Of a stretch of DNA of 64,000 bases, positions 23,887-36,587 are shown piece by piece. A program made the translations under genes and the position numbers. The notes below the pieces were generated by a model. That model searched no databases and was not told the DNA's origin. It worked only from the letters and a program-made list of their open reading frames with translations. Source of the stretch: Guillardia theta CCMP2712 (lineage: Eukaryota > Protista > Cryptophyta); assembly GCF_000315625.1 (NCBI RefSeq), contig NW_005434625.1, positions 389,726 through 453,725 on the forward strand. Reading direction: 5' to 3'. The first letter of the stretch is position 1. The number at the start of each line of letters is the position of its first letter.

Positions 23887-26800
23887 TCATTTCCCAAGAC
23901 CAAACAGCCCTGCCTTTCCTCGAGACACCTTGTAGGAGCGAAGTGCCTCCTCAAGGTCCGCCTGGTAGCATTCATCATTGACAATGTCTTGATCAAGGAG
24001 CCTCCTCCTCCTCCTCCTCCTCCTCCTCCTCCTCCTCCTCCCACCTCCTCTTTCCCCATCCTGCCATGTTCCTTCCTCCCACTTCCCTCCTACCTGCGTG
24101 ACCGACTCAGCATTCTTGGTGGCTGCCATGATAGCGGCTTCGTTGATGATTGAGGAGAGCTCGGCGGGCGAGAAGCCTTCCGTGTTCTCAGCGATGCGAG
24201 CTGGAGGACCGTGAGAACGCGCGAGGGCGAGGACAGAGAAGACTCACCCAAGTTGACAGAGGAAGAAAGGCGAGTTGTCTTGGCGTGCACCCGGAGGACC
24301 TGGAAAGGAGATGAGGAGAAGGACGAGGGGGAGGGAGGGAAGGGAAAGGGTCGCCAGGAGTCAAGGAGGAGAGAAAGAAGGAAAGGGTTCAAGCATTCAC
24401 AAGTTGAATTTGGTCAAGGAGGCTTAGCAGGATAGAGAAGAAGGCGAGAGGAAAGGAGGAGAGTGAAGAGGAGGAGGAGAGGAGGAGTTGGGAGCGGCAT
24501 TTGTCACCTTTTCTCTCCCTTCCTTGTCAGGGAGGGGAACCCGAACAACTCGATCAAAACGACCTTAAGCTCCAATTAAACGTTGACACACGAGTACAAG
24601 ATCCAAGGATCCATCTCCAACACCTCCTGTCCTCTCCTGTCCTCTCCATTTCTCGCCTCGTCTCGTCTTCTCCTCCTCTCCTCTCCTCCTTCGCCACCCT
24701 TTCCCTATACATTTTCCATGAACCGCCTGCTCTCTGTCCTTGATCCTCACTTTCTTCCTACAACCTGGTCGTGTTAGGGCATCGTCGAGGATGTCGTATC
24801 TATTCGTAGCTGCGATGATGACGATACCGTTGCCCTGCCATTCCATTCAGACACCGTCCCCTCCATCCTCCCTCCCATACCGCCTCCTCCCTTCCTCCCT
24901 GCTTCCCTTCCTCCCTCCCTCCCGTACCGCCGCCTCCTTTTCTACTCTTTCCTTCCTCCTCCTCCTCTCCCCTTCCTTCCCTTTTCCCCAACACTCCGAA
25001 TCCTTCCTCAGCCTCACCTGGGTATCGATGCCATCCATGCAGGCCAGCAGCTGGTTCAACGTCTACAGCACGTGTGTGAGAAGCAAGCCTCCTCGCTGTC
25101 TCCCTGCTCGTTCTATATTCCACTCACGCTACCGCTGCACATTTGCATCCTCTGCGCTACTTGCCCGCCCTCACCTGCTCTCCTTCGTCGTTGCGAACAA
25201 TCTGCATTCCCGACCCTCGGCTCTTGCCCAGCTGCGGATCAAGTCATGGGAGCAGGAAGAGACAGAAGGGCAACGAGGAGAATGTGCAGGAGAGAGAGAG
25301 AGCAAGAGAGCTGGAGTCGACGAGAGTAGAGAGGGAGAGGACGAGGGTCAGAGAGAAGAGGAGAGAGGAAGAGGAGATAGGAAGGGAAGGGAGGAAGCGA
25401 TTCGAAGGAGTTCAACCGCGTCAAGCTCGTCCAAGAAAATGACGCAAGGTGCCGCCTGCACTTAGTCGTCAGGAGTGGGAGAACGACAAGGAGGAGGTAC
25501 TAGGAGAGAAAGAGAAATGGAAAAGACGGAGGAGATTGTGGTTGCGGAGAAAAGGTGAAAGGCAAAGCGAAAGGTAGGGAGAAGGGGAAGGGGCAGATGG
25601 AATAGGAAGAAGGGAGGGAAAAGCGGGTAGAGCGGGAGGAGGAGAAGTAGGAGAAAGGAGAAATGAGGAGGGTGAGAAGGAGGAGGAGAAGGAGAAGGCG
25701 GATGTAGGTAAGCTCACCTTCTCTGCACGAGCAAAGAGCTCACGCACACGCGCAGCTCCTCGTCCGACGAACATCTCCACAAAGTCCGAGCCTGCCCGAT
25801 GGGGTCAAAACTAGAGTTTCCTGCTGCTCCTGCTGGTTCTCCTACTGTTGCTGCTATACCACCTGCTCTTCCTCCCTCCTCCCCAATTCCTTGAAATCTC
25901 CCTCACTTCTACCCTCAACCTCCTCCATTCTCTTTCTCGTCCTCTGCCATGATTTTTCGAGTCAGTACCGGAAGCGAAGAAGAAAGGAAGTTTGAGCCGA
26001 GCAGCGATCACGCGGGCGAGGAGAGTCTTTCCGGTTCCTGGAGGGCCCACGAGTAGAAGACCTGGAGCTCCAGAGTGAGATAGAAAAAGGAGGAAGCAGG
26101 GGAAGCAGGAAGTTCAGGAGGTTGGCGAGACCAGGAAGAGCAGGACAAGGAGGAAGGAGAGGAGAGAGAGGGGTAAGAGGAAGAAAAAAAAGTGACAATG
26201 AGGGAGGGAGGGAGGGTAAGCAAGAGAATCCAGGGAATCGGTTCCCAACATCTTTTCGCCTCTCTTCTCATACAGCTCTCAGCTCGTTTCCTTCCTCGCG
26301 CAGCCACTCGCTCCCCTCTTCCTTACCTTTGGGCTGCCTCGCTCCCAGGCGCCGATACCTCGAGGGATTCTGCATGATATCCACTAGCTGCATCACCTGT
26401 GCAGATAGGTGACAAGGGAGCGGGAGCAGAAGCATTAGCAGGAAGGAGCATCAGCAGGAGCGGGAGTGTGAGCGGGGGAAGCAAGAGCAGCAAGAGGAGG
26501 AGGTGGAGCAGGGGAGAGAGCAAGGGCATCATACTTGATCCTTCGCCTGGTCGATCCCAGCCACATCCTCGAAGCTGAGCGAGCTGCCAGCAAGTTTCAG
26601 CTGACATCTCCAGCAGCATCCCAGCTCGTCACTCCCACCTGTCTATCTGGTTCGCCTTGACTCTCTTACCAACTTTCCCCCCGACGCCTTTGCCGAACAT
26701 CTGCCACCTTCATGCCACTCAGGACAACGAGGAGACGAAGAAGCATGACCAGGAACAAGGAGGGGAGGAGGAGAGGAGGACAAGCAAGGTGCTTGCAGGA

Positions 26801-28299
26801 TGTAGAGGAGGCAGGAGGCAGGAGGCAGGAGGCAGGAACAACAAGGACGAAGGGGGAGAAATATCATCTCAACACATCAGGAGGCACAGAGGAACGCGTG
26901 CCAGCAGCAATCATCGTACCCAAAGTATCCCACGACACCAAGGTACACAATCAGCCCAATGTACGGGACGAGGAGCTGACCCGCGCCTGCTCAACCGCAA
27001 CAAGCATCAGTTGGATCCTGAGGAGGGGTGGTGGAAGAAAGGAGAATCGACTGACCGGGTTTCAACTGACTGAAGTTGACCGACTGGGAGTGGAGGAAGC
27101 CAACTACAGCAGCGTCAGTGGGGCCGGCGGCAGCCGATAGCAGCCCGACCGAGGTCAGGCGGGGCCCGGGGGATCCTTGTAATCATTTGAGTGTCATCGT
27201 TGAGAACGAAGGTGACGCTGCGTCACGAGCACGTCAACCTCCAACGGCTAGTCAAAGTCTCCTAAGGACTCACCTCGAACTCCCCAAGTACGCATTCTTC
27301 ACATCTCCCTGCTTCACGCTGTTGGCACAGTCACCAACTCCCTCCCGTCCCGCTCAACTCCTGCTCCTGTCCCGCTCCCGTCCCACACCGCCCTTATCTG
27401 CTCTTCCCGTCCTATCCCTCTAGGAACGCTCTCACCTGTCTAGGAATCGGCTGTATGACACTTCCTGCTCAGCATCGTCAAGAACCATTGTCAAATCGCA
27501 CTTTCATCTAACCTGCACAGGAGGGCTGCTGGCAGCCTTGGAAGATCCTTTGCTAACTGCAAAACATCATCATCCTGGCTCCTCCAACGCGCACGTCAAA
27601 CTCACCTTGCCCGAAGAAAATCATCCCCATGAACAGCACTGCCGCTGCGCTCGCATGTCAGTTCCTTGCATACTGCATGCACCAACATCGCAACAAACCT
27701 ATCATCGCTGGGTTCACGGTCGACAGCCATCTTTCATCTCACAGTCAGCACATGGTGTGTCGTCCTCACTCTCCTTGCACTCTCACCTCAGCCTCGCAAA
27801 GAGGAATCCCACCAGCGCTTGATACAACCTCACGACCTTCTGCGCTAGTCTTGCCTACACCAGTAGTGATTGTGGGGCCTTCCCGCATTCACCTGAGCCT
27901 TACCAAGGTAGGCTGCAAACCACCACCTTCTCCTTTCTTTCCTCCGTCGTTGAGATCGTACGCCGACTGCTTGCTCTTCAGCACGAACCGCCTGAGCCGG
28001 CCAAACGTCAGCACACCCGGATCTGCAATGAACACGAAAAGTTTGCCATTACCTCGGCAGTCTGTGGTGAAGGGGGGCAGGGAGGGAAAGGGCTGGTCTA
28101 TCGACATCGTGGAATGAACTTTTGAATCTGCTGGCCTCGATCCCCGGAATGTGATGAGCCCGAGGATGACCGGAAGAGATGAGCTGGAAGGAAAGAGACT
28201 GCGCGGCAAACTGAAGGAAGACGAAACAGACAACAAGGCCTGCACATGTGTGAGATAGTCCTTTGTTCCGTTCCTCTCACCTGAAGCACTTGGTTGCAT
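23887..28299 (-). CDS. FtsH-like membrane AAA+ ATPase with predicted plastid bipartite presequence, lacking the M41 peptidase domain (FtsHi-like)
   Basis: Spliced motifs: EVSYSRFL (FtsH N-domain), [29 protein letters not shown] (Walker A), [31 protein letters not shown] (Walker B), [34 protein letters not shown] (SRH), [40 protein letters not shown]-terminus [26 protein letters not shown]. Confidence 0.9.
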
Positions 28300-30158
28300 C
28301 TTGCCAAGACCGAATCGAGATTCTTATGCACACTGTTTCATTCCAGGCCTTGAAGATGGCCGAGAAACTACGGAGAACGATTAGCGACGCGTCTTCAGTC
28401 GTGACAACAGGTGCATTTCCGATTGGGCTATCATCAAAAAGTTTTTTCGACTTCTTTCATCGCTGTAATTCACAGGCGGGAGATATTTTGCGTACATATT
28501 CCAGCCATTACAACATGAGCAGATGAAAGAGTCTTCATCCACATACCCATGTACAAACAAGGATCACCATGTAACTTCTCCACTGCAACTTTTCCCCAAA
28601 TTCCAATCCTAATCCTAATCTTACTGTCCAGTCTTTGCTTTCCTGTCTGCTCTCCTCTCCTGTCCGTTCATCTTTTCAACGACTCAACAATGTGATGAAG
28701 CCAGCATGGCCGCAGAGTTTTCCAATCTACAATGTCACTACTAAGACCTCGATAAACTACGAGTGAACTTCTGTTTACCTGCTTTTCCTTGAGCTCATAA
28801 ACATCCTGTGGATTCTGCATTTCACGCTATCTGACCAGCACATCATTTTCATTTTTCATTCAACCGCTCTGCTCATTGCTATTCACGCATGAAATTGCAC
28901 CTACTACTCTCGTTCCGTGCTCCTCGACGGCGCTGTCTAAACATGGTGCTTTTGAGGCCGCCTATAACTACCCCTTTGTTCTACCACCCCCTCTTGTCTG
29001 TGAAAACAACCCACCCTAGAATAAGTATATAAAACTTCGAATCATCACCTACCCAGCACTTCAGCAGAACTACCCCATCAGGTTCGTTAGTACCCCCTCA
29101 CATAGCTAATTCTACCCGTACTCTTGACTCCATATCACACCCCTTCTTGACTATCACCCCCCATAATCAATCACCTACCCCTTAATAGATCCCTTGTTGT
29201 AGCTGGTACCCATGCATGGTGTACCATATACGGGTGGATAAATCATGGAGGAGTGAAAGGAGGGGGTACTATGATACTGATTTCACGGGGACAGGGACCG
29301 GTACCTCGACAACTTGGTTGTTGTGTAGGGGAGGGTAGCAAACCAGGAAATTGTCGGGTGGGGTGGAAAGAAGGGGTAGTTTTCCAAATGATCAGCTAGA
29401 TTTAGTAAGGGTGGGTGGTGAAATTTTCAGCAAAATAGCCGGCCCGCCTCGTTTGCATCGGTTAGCCCCGGGGCCCGGCGTGGAATCTCCGGGCCCCGGG
29501 CTCTGGCCCGCACTGAGCGGAGACTTGACTCGTCAATCAAAGGTCATGTACGGGTACCCATAGTCCCATAGAGAAATTCTGGGGAAAGGCAGGGTAGGGG
29601 TGGTAGCCAGTGGCGGCGACTCATGGCGGAAAGGTACGATCATGCTCGGCTGAGAGGCAGGAATTCAAGTAGGAAGTGAGAGGCTGTATCATCATCATGC
29701 CATGACAGTGACGGTGGCAACGAGTCGGAGATAGAGTTAAGCTAGCTGCAGGCTGGTACTGGCAGGTCTGAAGCATGTATGGTGCTATGCCAGGCAAGTT
29801 CGGGCCGCGCTAGAGGGTGAGGAGCTGATATTCAGTAGGAACTGTGGAACCGAGTGAGGGGGTGAGGAATGAAGTGAAGACTGGGGAAGGGAAAGCCTCT
29901 GAGGGAGTGGGGAGGGATAGACGTAAGGGATATGACAGCTAGCTTACGATGAGCCAGTATTGTTTTTCGATATGCCGCCAGGTTGATGGTTGAGCAGGTG
30001 ATTTCTAGTCGATTGACTTTCCGTCGAGATCTGGAAGGGGGGAATCATTGCACAAGTCATGAAAAACAAGATATCGGCTTGAGATGCAGATGATCGGATG
30101 CTTATGGGGATGAGCAGGAGTTGTGCACTGCTACACTGAGAGGTCTTCTCGTCCAGAC

Positions 30159-31432
30159 ATGATGGCCAAGGCCAGATCGTTGCTCGTGCTCTTGTGCTCC
30201 CTCCATGCGATGTGCGATGAGACTCATCAGAGGTCCATGTATACCAACGTCGTAGACTTCGTTTGCTCCCCAGGAAACGCTACCAGCCTGTGGGGCGCCA
30301 AGACCGACAGGGCAGCCTGGTTCGGGAGGAGCGACATGGCGGTGGCGGTCAAGGACAACCACGTTTGGGTCATGGGCGGACAGAGAGGAGCGTCAGGAGC
30401 TTTCGAGCTCATGAACGACGTTTGGAAGAGTGCGGACGGCGCAGCCTGGACGTCAGTGACGGGCAAAGCGCCATGGGCGGCTAGAAGAAAGTTTGGAGGT
30501 CTGACGTTCAACTCCAAGCTCTGGGCGATGGGAGGAACGCTGTCAGCGGTGGAGTCCAACGAGCGGCACACGTCCAACGCTGTCTGGTCCTCTGCGGACG
30601 GGGTCACGTGGCAGGCAGTGAGGGAGGACTCTGCGTCCTGCACCGGGAGCACATGTGACCCGTCGTCGTCGTCCTACATGTGGGCGCCGCGTCACTCGAT
30701 GGTGGCAGTTGACTTCCTAGGGAAGATCTGGATCATATCGGGAGTGAGAAGCGACTACGACCAGTACGCGGCAGCGAATCAAGACTTCATCCACGACATA
30801 TGGTTCACTGATAACGGGGTCAGGTGGACCCGGGCCGCGAACTCGACGCCATGGCAGGACTGCCGGTCTGTGGTGGGGGCAGTCCACCGACTGCAGCTGT
30901 TCATCATGGCGGAGTCGCGAGAGCTGCGCTACTACTACACCACGTGGATCTCGAGCGATGGCGTCACGTTCAAGGAGGCCCGCCAGGCCTGTGCCGTCTC
31001 CGGGCAGCCCGTCGGAGGGCTGGTGTCGGCAGGAGGAAGCCTGATGGTGTTCGCGGTCTCTGACCGGCTGCTGGGGGATCAGGAGGTGCTGCTGTGGTAC
31101 ACGAACTCGACGACTGCAGAGGACGCGATCTTCTATGCGACCAACTCGTCGGTGGCCAACGGGCCGAGGCGAGGAGCAGGGTACACGACGTTTGCTGGGG
31201 AGGTCTGGCAGATAGGAGGGAGCTGCTTGAACTGCGGGATGTCGACAGTGATGAACGTGAGGAGGAGGACGGCGGGGAGGAGAGAGAGAGGAGGGATGAA
31301 TGAGAGGAGAGAGCCTCAGAGCTGGATCTGACGACTTTGTAGGATGCTTTTAGTGACGTTTACTTCTCCTCCGGACTGACAATGTTTTCGACATTCAGCC
31401 AGTCATCGCAGAGTAGAAGGCCAAACATGTAA
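30159..31432 (+). CDS. Secreted Kelch/Asp-box (BNR-like) beta-propeller protein
   Basis: Signal peptide MMAKARSLLVLLCSLHAMC. Repeats VWVMGG...DVWKSADGAAW, LWAMGG...VWSSADGVTW, IWIISG...IWFTDNGVRW, WISSDGVTF, VWQIGG. One 3' intron (~31257-31342), then DAFSDVYFSSG...RRPNM*. Confidence 0.8.
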
Positions 31433-31909
31433 GTTGGATGATGATGTCGGGCAATGATGGTGATGACGACGACAATGATACTAATGCTGTTGTTCTTGAT
31501 GATGATGTTCAACATGATGTTGAAGATGGTGGCAATGTTGTAGACATCAATGTGGAGATAGACTGGAAGTCGACAAAAACCATGACGATGATGACGATAT
31601 TGTTGACAATGTTGTATGCATCTATCGTGAGATCGATTTTCTTGTTTGATTTGATTTGATTTTGTTTGACAACTTGTTAACAGTCAGGCGTTTATCCTTC
31701 CTTTGGCCTTATTGTTTTGCTATTCCTTGACCTGACCTGGTTGTTTTTCTATCTGTTCTCTCTCCTTCAACGTAACTTCTCCCTCCCCCCTAAAAGAATC
31801 AAAACATACCATTCCATTCAACACCAGCTCCTCATAGAGACAAGAACAGCAATCTCCTCTCCTCTACTTCACTTCTCATCTCTCTACTTGACATCTCCTT
31901 TCCTCTCTT

Positions 31910-34900
31910 TCACTTCTTGACAAGCTTCACCGCAACCTCCGCATGATCTGTCCATGGAAACTGATCGAATAGAGCGGCGCTCACGATCTTGTGATTTGGA
32001 AGCCCTGAAGTTGAAATGAGAGAAAGCAGACAAGGGATGAAGACAAGAAGGGAGGGAGGGGGGAGAGGAAAAGACAAGAAGGGAGGGAGGGGAGGAGAGG
32101 GAAGAGCCGGGATCAAAGATTTTGACACCTTCAAGGTCGACAATCAACTTGGCAGGGTTGCATGAGACGTACAAAACCTCGTCAAACTAAAAGAAGGATC
32201 AGAGAATGAAGTGAGTAGGACAAGCGAGCACAAAGCAAAAAATCGAGATTCCTGGGAGGGGAGGCGGAGGAGCAGGAGCAGCAACAGGAGCAAGTGCAGG
32301 TGCAGGTGCAGGTGCAGGTGCAGGTGCAGGTGCAGCAACAGAAGCAGCGGCAGGAGCAGGAGCAGGTGCAGGTGCAGGAGACGGTGGGAAAGAAAAATGT
32401 TAAGGAGCTCCGTACCCCATTCACCAGTTCCCTTGACGCATCATCGAGGCCGGCCCGAGGAGGATCGACAAGGATCGTCCTGATCAAGTCAGAGTCAACA
32501 AGGTTTGGAAGGGAGGCACGAGGGGGGCAGGGGGGAGGGACAGGAGATGAGCAGAGCGCTCTAGGAAAAGGCGCAAGAGAGGAGTTGGAAAAGGAAGATT
32601 ACAGGAAGAGGGAGGAGGAGGCAGATAGCCGGGAGGAGGGGAAGACGAACAGGAGGAAGGAAAGAAGGAGATGGAGGCGAGGAAAGATAGCAGAAGGTAA
32701 ACGGAGGATGGGGAAGTTCAGCACGAGGACGATGACGAGGCAGAGAATGCTGTGGAGGAGAAGGAGGAGGGGAAACCTGAGATTGTACGATTTGACGTCA
32801 ACCCCCTTCATTTGCGGGTATTGTTTCCCTCTGCTCAGGTGTCAGCAAGATCGAGGGGGTCCAAAGGCGTTGACCGTAGAACTGCCTCCGTCGCCTCCTC
32901 CGCCGAAAGAGGAAGAATTACCACCTGTCACATGGAAAGTTTAGCTCCAAATAGTATGATGATAAAGGCAGATGCCGAGAATCGTGCTGATAGTCATGTT
33001 GCTGGTGATGAAGATGGTGATGGTGATGATGATGGCGATGAGATGATGATCGTTGGAATTACAATCATGATAAAAGTTACGAGGAGGGTGAAGGGTGAGG
33101 GAAGGAGGAAAAGAATTACGTTGTCAACTTCGGCAGCCTTCGCGCAGGCGTTTGCAGCGTTCACTGAGTACTTGTCGAGCTCTGTTGCGAGGATCTGAAC
33201 AGCAGCTGTCAAGCACAGTCGGCAGCGGCCTCAGGCTATGGAGGCAGATGACGGATGGTCGAAGCAAGAGGGAGAGCAGCAGGTCAGTGATGGAACAGAA
33301 AGCAAACCCATCCGACAAGAAGTTTTCCTCACCTTCCGGAAGAGAGCGGACAGAGCAAGAGTGAAGTTGCCGTTTCCTGCCAAGAGTTTCAGCGATTGGC
33401 GAGTTGCAGGGAGGGAAAGCTGAGCACAAGGGAGAAAATGAGTACAACCACAATAGAGCTCAAGGAGATCATCGTCTCTTCGCCCTTCTTTCCCCAGCTG
33501 TTCTCTTGCCCAGGTCAACATTTGCTTGCAAATCTGTTGAAGACTTTCAGGAAATCACAAGTCCCTTGAAAGCATGCAAACAGGGATTCAGCAGTTGAAG
33601 GTGGGAGAAGAGATACCAGGGGAGGGAATGGGAGATAAAGGAGGAGGGAGGAGGAAGGGAAGCCGGGTGGGGGAGGGAGAGCATGATATCGTGGAGCCGT
33701 CAAGTTTACATGAGCGTTTGATTGGGAGAAGTGATTCTCGGTTTGCCACTGTAAATCAAAATTTAAGTCTGTGATATGCTTCAACACCACCTTCACATGA
33801 TCGACACCATCATCGCAGCTACCTCACCCCACCTCCAAGCATCGCCTTCCTCTCCCTGCCCCGTTCCCTCTCCCTCCTTTCCATCTCCCTCCTGACTCTT
33901 GTCCTTGTGATCCGTCCTCGTCCTCAACATCATCTTCATGGATTTTTCTCATTCTAGCAGCTTCGTCGCCTCCTTTTCCATCCCCCTCCTCTTTCACCTG
34001 TGGATAGGATTTCCCGTCGAACTCAAAGCTTTGCACTACATGATCATCCCCAATAACATGCTTAATCTTTTTGCTCCGCCCGATTATCTTTCTCGCGCGT
34101 CAGCCATGGCCAACAAGTTCAACTGCTCAACACACATGGCAGCGGAGTTTCTCGCTCATCCTCTTTGCGCACTCTACCCACTCTTCATCGAGAGGTTTCC
34201 TGGTTGTATGTGAGCAGGAGGCGGCAGCAAGGTGCAAGTCTCGTACTTGTACACCATGCACAACAGAACCTCATCGTCTGTGTTGGCAACCATCTCCACC
34301 TTCTCGAGGTTACAACTCTTGTTCCCTACTACCCTTGTGCACCGGCACACCTGGTAGAGCCTCGTGCGCGCCATGTCGTCCTCCTGCAGGTACTCTGCCC
34401 TGCCGTAGTAGATGAGAAGGAACAAGAGGATCTTCGACGATCTTACAGCTCCCTCATCAGGAGGTTGATTCTCTCGCTCGCCAAGACGTATCTGCACAGA
34501 GAAGAAGATCAGACGCATGCTAGAGTCAAAGGAAGACACGCAAGACATATCGAGCAGAACAAAGAAAAGCAAGCAAACAGCAACAGAAAACAACACAGTA
34601 TCAGGACGTTCACTCAGCCCTCCATCGCAGTCATGGATCTCATCGCTCATCGCACAATCCATCCCGTCACCCTCAAGGTCTCACTGCTCGAGGAAGATTG
34701 GCTTCTTAGTCTCCGGATCAAAGAAGGCATAATGGAGATCCCCTTTCTGAAACCACATCCTGCTCCACCATCACCGCACGCCGTTCGCGATCTCCTCCTC
34801 TCTTCTCCCTCCCCCTCCCTTGCCTGAACTCGCATCTCATCCTGTAGTGCAGAGGGGGGCTGGCAAAGACTTGAAGGTCGACACCATTCAGGTAATCCCC

Positions 34901-35600
34901 CAGCAGATCCTTTACTCGCTGTGCCTGCTCGCAAAGCGCTCAGTCAACGAGCTACCAGAGTAGAGCTGAAAGATAGAGCACAGGGAGAGAAAATAAGAAC
35001 CGGCAGAGCAAGTATCGCACAGTGGGAGGGATATGGAAAGGATAGAGGAGGAGAGAAATTCCATTCTCATCTCTCACGCAACCTCCGAGGATTTCTCCCC
35101 TCCATCTTTGTCATCCCTGCTCTGGACGATTGTACAAAGCAACAATGCGAGCCTAGGGTCAAACACATCGTGCCGGGCCCACCTTGCTCTCGAGCTCCTC
35201 CTCGTACTTGGAGACATCCGGATTGAGGACAGGACTTCGAGGCTTGGCGAACATGGTCGTGTCTTTCTCCTTTTCCTTGCTGATCCTCCTCATCTTCTTG
35301 GCCCTCCCTTGCACCTTCCCCTCCTCCATCCTCCCTTCCTCCCCCTTTTCAGACGCTGTCCCTCCTCTCAGCCCCGAAATCTGCAGCAGCCTGCTGAAGA
35401 ACCGGAACGGCGAGCTGTCGAGCGACTGCATCCTGGGGAAGCAACGAGACGGCCTGCTAACGATGCTGCTAAAGAATCGCCGCCGCTGGAACGCAGGGGG
35501 GCAGGCGAACAGCGCCTGGATACCATCGTGACTCCGAAATTTCCTCTGATCTCTGATTCACCTGGAGGGATCCTGAGATGGAGTGTCAGCAATGCAGCAG
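31910..35600 (-). CDS. trmA: tRNA/tmRNA (uracil-5)-methyltransferase, bacterial TrmA-type, multi-exon with probable organellar presequence
   Basis: Spliced QTENHFSQSNAHVN, MLTWA...DDLLELYCGNGNFTLALSALFRK, LATELDKYSVNAA, ILVDPPRAGLDD, YVSCNP (catalytic Cys), LFDQFPWTDHAEVAVKLVKK*; the motifs follow the order in E. coli TrmA. 5' exons uncertain (may extend to ~35900). Confidence 0.9.
32268..32380. repeat. (GCAGGT/GCAGGA)n intronic microsatellite
   Basis: gcaggtgcaggtgcagg... read directly, inside a trmA intron. Confidence 0.9.
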
Positions 35601-36519
35601 TCGTGTGGAGGGGAGAGAACCTGGAGCGCAGGAGGCCTTGTTGTTGAGTTGGGAGTTGATCTTCTGCAGACAGGGGGTGTGAGGGAGCGCTGCCAGCGCA
35701 GGGACTGAGATGGGTCAACACACAGGTGAGTTTGTCGCACGATCGGTCTTGAAGCTGATCTCGCTTGCCTGCATTCGATCAAGATCAGGGGATGCAACAG
35801 ACACGTACTGATTGCGAACCTTGATGGTGCAGTAGTGAGCCACAGCCACGACTTGAAACAAGAAGTTCCTTGTCCTGCGACTCCCAGTTGCTTCGTCCCC
35901 ATCATGTTAGTTGCAGGCACGGAGTGATAAAGGATGAGATTGCATGAAAAAATTCTTCTTCATCTCGCCCTTCCTTGCTATGATCGTACACAACCCCCTC
36001 CTTTCCTTGCAAGGGTTGTACGAAACGTTCCATAACTACGATTGCAAGGAAACTTTCTTTCTTCTGCCTCCTCACTCGCCAATGAAACTGTCTCTCTTCT
36101 CATCTTTTCGTCAGGGATCGTCATTGCCTGCCTTCACCCTCCTGTCCTCCGAAGCTTCCGTGCCAGTAGCTCTGACCGCCAAACGTTCTCCTTCTCTCAT
36201 CTTCCTTCTCCTCTCTCTCTCTTTCCGCATCCCCCCCTCAATCCTCCTCGTTCTCCTCTCCGTCCCAGACTGACCTTGGCGCAGTGTGAGCATGAAGGAT
36301 ACTTACCCAGACCACCCCACCCTAGTCCAACCATAATGCACAGCAGGACCCCAGGTAATTATGCACCACCATCACTTATGTATTATCTGATGTCTAGGAA
36401 GAGGGGGTATATCTCCTACAAGTGATTTCCATACCCCCACACTTCAGTCTTAACCGGTGCTAAAGTGGAGGCCAGGGCATCCTCATGGCAGGGTCGGATC
36501 GTAGGGATTGTCAGGAGAG

Positions 36520-36581
<62 letters not shown>
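36520..36581. repeat. (CAGGAG)10 intergenic microsatellite
   Basis: caggagcaggagcaggag... read directly. Confidence 0.95.
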
Positions 36582-36587
<6 letters not shown>

